DNA from: Neoechinorhynchus agilis
Taxonomy: Eukaryota; Animalia; Acanthocephala
Assembly: GCA_051530055.1 (NCBI GenBank)
Contig: CM121343.1
Coordinates: 6,294,389 to 6,358,388, forward strand
Length of the DNA: 64,000 bases
Direction: 5' to 3'
The first letter of the stretch is position 1, and each line of letters begins with the position of its first letter. Positions 60,842-64,000 of this stretch are shown one piece after another. The notes beneath the pieces were generated by a model that searched no databases, was not told the DNA's origin, and was given only the letters and a program-made list of their open reading frames with translations. A program made the translations under genes and the position numbers.

Positions 60842-63800
60842 TTAATCACTCACATCAAAGTCATTAAATCGGATAAATGGGGAATCACAGTGACTTCTTA
60901 CAAGTGGGTATTTAAAAGGGCTGTCATTGAATGTATCGAAATTAAATTCCGCGTTACCAAGTTCCATCAACCGTAGAGCATCTGAACATTCCATTGTGAA
61001 ATCCAACGCCAACTTCAAACTCAGGAAATTGGATCGATATAAATTATTCGTAGCAGTAGTTGCGTAATCAATCATCGATAGCAGAAAATCACGTTCACCT
61101 ACCCGACGCGTAACCCGTGCGTACCGAACTCCATAAAAAGTAACGATCCATCTCGCTCGACTAAGTATGTGGAATTTTAGAGATTTACGACTTTATTTGA
61201 ATTCATTTAATCCAAGAGAATTCCCGATCTAACTTAAGAGCTACATTAAACCACTTGTATTTTAGAACTGATGATAATGAACCCCTTAAGAGGTTCGAAA
61301 CGTCTATAATAAATAATCATTTACCGGGTGAAGACTTCTAAACAATAATTCCAATTACATTAAATGTTTTATATACCGAATTTTCTTGCCAAAAAGTCGT
61401 AAAATATTCATGGCGGCGTGTCCGGAAACCAAAACGGATATTATATTTCACGAAAAGCACGGCAAAAAATACTCGACTTGCCGTATACATTCATTTGATC
61501 ATTTTACGGAAAACACGTTGAGAGCATACATCCGAATCCGTAAAATGATGCAAAATTTCTGTTAGATTGGGCTTATCATGCAAAAATCGATTTCCTTGTA
61601 AATAATTCTCATTCGCTTCCTAGTTTATACATAACGCATAAAATATTTTGAATACATAAAATGATTTAAAAATATGTGATTTGAATGCTGATAAGAAATT
61701 CTTAAACGCAAATTCAATGTGTGTAGGAGCGATTAAGGACCATTACGGCTTATGTTATACACACGAATGTATAATGCACGAGATCACTATTTTGAGCATA
61801 TTGTCTAAGATATTTCCTAAAGAAACGATATCCAATGTTCATGTCTCCTGTCTTCCAAAAAGTAACTCCCAACCTTGGTACAATGAATTTGTTGGTATTA
61901 CTATCGTCAGTGAACGCCTGCGCGTAAAATTTAATAGCCGAATTAAAATTCTCTAAACGTCTCAGTGGATGTCAAAGTACTTCCGCCGATTAATATCCAC
62001 TGGGATCAAAATTTACGTTATAGAAATAATCACCAATAGTCACGGCTACTCTCCAGTCATACAGTCGAATGGTATATGCAGTGAGTATGCGGGTAAGAAA
62101 ATCGTCCGTATAATAATGTATGACTTCGTAAGCAAGGGCAAGTCCTAAGTAAGACCAAAAATCCCTTCTGTTGATCCTTATAGCCCGTTGATAGCAATAA
62201 AGCGATTTATTGTGGTTTCCTGATCGAGCACATTCATCCCCGCACCGTGACCATGCACGACTGTAGGAAGGAGAAAATCGCGTTGCTCGATGAAAATACT
62301 CAAGAGCTCTGACATTCTCATTCTTTTCGGAATAAAACATTCCTATCACATAAAGACTCTCACGTCTCCATTTACAAATTGCATTACAGTCTTCTGCTAA
62401 CTGGTCAAGATCTTTGCAGTACATTGATTCACTTAATAGATCAGCATATTTGTCTACAAACTCAAGATTGTATGGATCAGTTTGTCGTAGCTCTCGAAAT
62501 ATGTCATAAGCTGGATTAAGCCGACCAGCGATGTGATTACAAAGAGCGATCTGAGATTTGAGGTACGTACTTTTCGGGAAAAGGGTCTTTAAATAGTGCT
62601 TGTGTTGCAAATGTTCTGCTGCAGAAAAATTGAAAAAGAAAAATAATGTTAATAAAATCTCTTTTGATTTGGGTTTAGAAGAACGGATCGGTGGAATATC
62701 AATACACAAACACTGTAATTTTGTTCTTTTCGAGAAGTGCTAGAAATTCGTGTAATTTCATTAGTAAACAAAAGACTTTCCAAAATAAGAAAATACGTAC
62801 TTTTCGGGAAAAGGGTCTTTAAATAGTGCTTGTGTTGCAAATGTTCTGCTGCAGAAAAATTGAAAAAGAAAAATAATGTTAATAAAATCTCTTTTGATTT
62901 GGGTTTAGAAGAACGGATCGGTGGAATATCAATACACAAACACTGTAATTTTGTTCTTTTCGAGAAGTGCTAGAAATTCGTGTAATTTCATTAGTAAACA
63001 AAAGACTTTCCAAAATAAGAAAATACGTACTTTTCGGGAAAAGGGTCTTTAAATAGTGCTTGTGTTGCAAATGTTCTACTGCAGAAAAATTGAAAAAGAA
63101 AAATAATGTTAATAAAATCTCTTTTGATTTGGGTTTAGAAGAACGGATCGGTGGAATATCAATACACAAACACTGTAATTTTGTTCTGGCGTATTTCGAG
63201 AAGTGCTAGAAATTCGTGTAATTTCATTAGTAAACAAAAGACTTTCCAAAATAAGAAAAATACAAACGCATTTCCTCCATGTTAAACAGAGTCATTTGCA
63301 TCAAATCAAAAGGGCTTCACCGGGTCTTCCCATTTCGATAATTGAATGTGCAATAAACAGATCCCGCATCCAATGACCCTTCCCCATTTCCAGTTCAGCC
63401 ATTTGCGTACAAGAAGTCACAATGTTGCTCATTTCTAACCATGCGGACCAGAGGAATGGTTGCCGTCTAATTGCTCTAATAAAATGATTTGTAGCGCTTT
63501 GATAGAGCTGACAATGTACGTCGATCATTCCTTGAATAAATTCAATGTATGGATCGTAAATTGTGGTAGACTTTATTGGCAGAATTGATGCAAGGTCTTT
63601 ACCAAAAGCACTCATTTTGCGCCTGATTTCGAGTAAATCCCTTCCTAGCAGAGCCATATCGCCACAGTGGTCTCTATACAAAGCCAAATATTCGGCGTAA
63701 GAACGTAGTCGAACGTTGATGGGCGCCTTACAGTCTTCAAGGTAATCCACACAAAGTCGATAATGCTTTTTGTCAAACAAAGCCTTTGCTCGCTGATATA

Positions 63801-63969
63801 ATCCGAATTCTCTGACAAATGATCCATTGAAATTATCAAGTAAAGAGAATCCACGTTCCCCGACAAGCCAATCCCATCTTAAATTTTCCATTGACATAAG
63901 CATTTCGGTACACCAACGAGCAGAGTGGATCATTCCGTTCGCTTCTAGTTCATCAATCGCACTGCGCAA
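60842..63969 (-). CDS. CDC23: Anaphase-promoting complex subunit 8 (TPR protein), multi-exon; start near or beyond window end
   Basis: G..HSARWC.E, PFLWSAWLE, HWMRDLF.AH, FPKSTYLKSQIA, DPYNLE..D.YA.LL, A.EYF.RA, AW...G.E, A..CY.RAI.IN.RDF.S..GL..AYE. A further TPR exon lies at about 61740-61955. Assignment of the last exon (60842-61075) is tentative. Confidence 0.85.
61261..61349 (+). repeat. Single arm of family-A element with hammerhead-like core
   Basis: CTGATGA-taat-GAACC-ccttaaga-GGTTC-GAAAC-GTC (61268-61304), followed by the family-A outer arm (ttaccgggtgaagacttctaaacaataat). Confidence 0.6.
62564..63263. repeat. 230-bp tandem triplication inside CDC23 spanning an intron 3' end and exon start
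   Basis: Units start at 62564, 62794 and 63024. The third carries a small insertion and a cag/tag variant. Confidence 0.95.
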
Positions 63970-64000
63970 TTCCGTTTGGATTTTATATTGACGTGAGGCA

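Overview
AT-rich metazoan genomic DNA with short (about 40-60 nt) GT-AG introns and very divergent proteins. It is not prokaryotic and has no CRISPR array. Host genes: ELP1/IKBKAP (5'-truncated by the window), a LIM-homeobox gene, an Ig-superfamily membrane protein, a CAD-family Zn alcohol dehydrogenase-like gene, a LicD/fukutin-family gene, a probable divergent annexin, a Cys-rich structural protein, DLD, U6 snRNA and CDC23/APC8. About 22.6 kb (4576-27210) is an ~11.2-kb tandem duplication. Each unit holds the ELP1 3' end, a degenerate 5'-truncated CR1/L2-group LINE and an ~8.5-kb array of 18-bp repeats. The rest is rich in retroelement debris: several CRE-type RLE non-LTR fragments, an inverted Penelope-like fragment, tRNA-headed SINE-like units and palindromic MITE-like elements. 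Most interesting: (1) the 18-bp array has a strand-specific coding signature (P-D-P-S-[S/Y]-T, P-N-P-P-P-T) and is fused head-to-head to a LINE; (2) Penelope-type hammerhead-like cores lie in the arms of palindromic repeats; (3) the DLD intron is almost exactly a TIR element, and its outer GT-AG pair does not restore frame; (4) the CAD-like HGT candidate has lost two catalytic-Zn cysteines; (5) a U6 with a duplicated 5' end abuts a LINE tail; (6) a splice acceptor in APC8 is triplicated. Caveat: homopolymer frameshifts in ELP1 and LicD and indel-rich stretches in the arrays suggest an error-prone long-read assembly, so some frameshifts and the large duplication may be artefacts. All alignments were done by eye and no searches were run.
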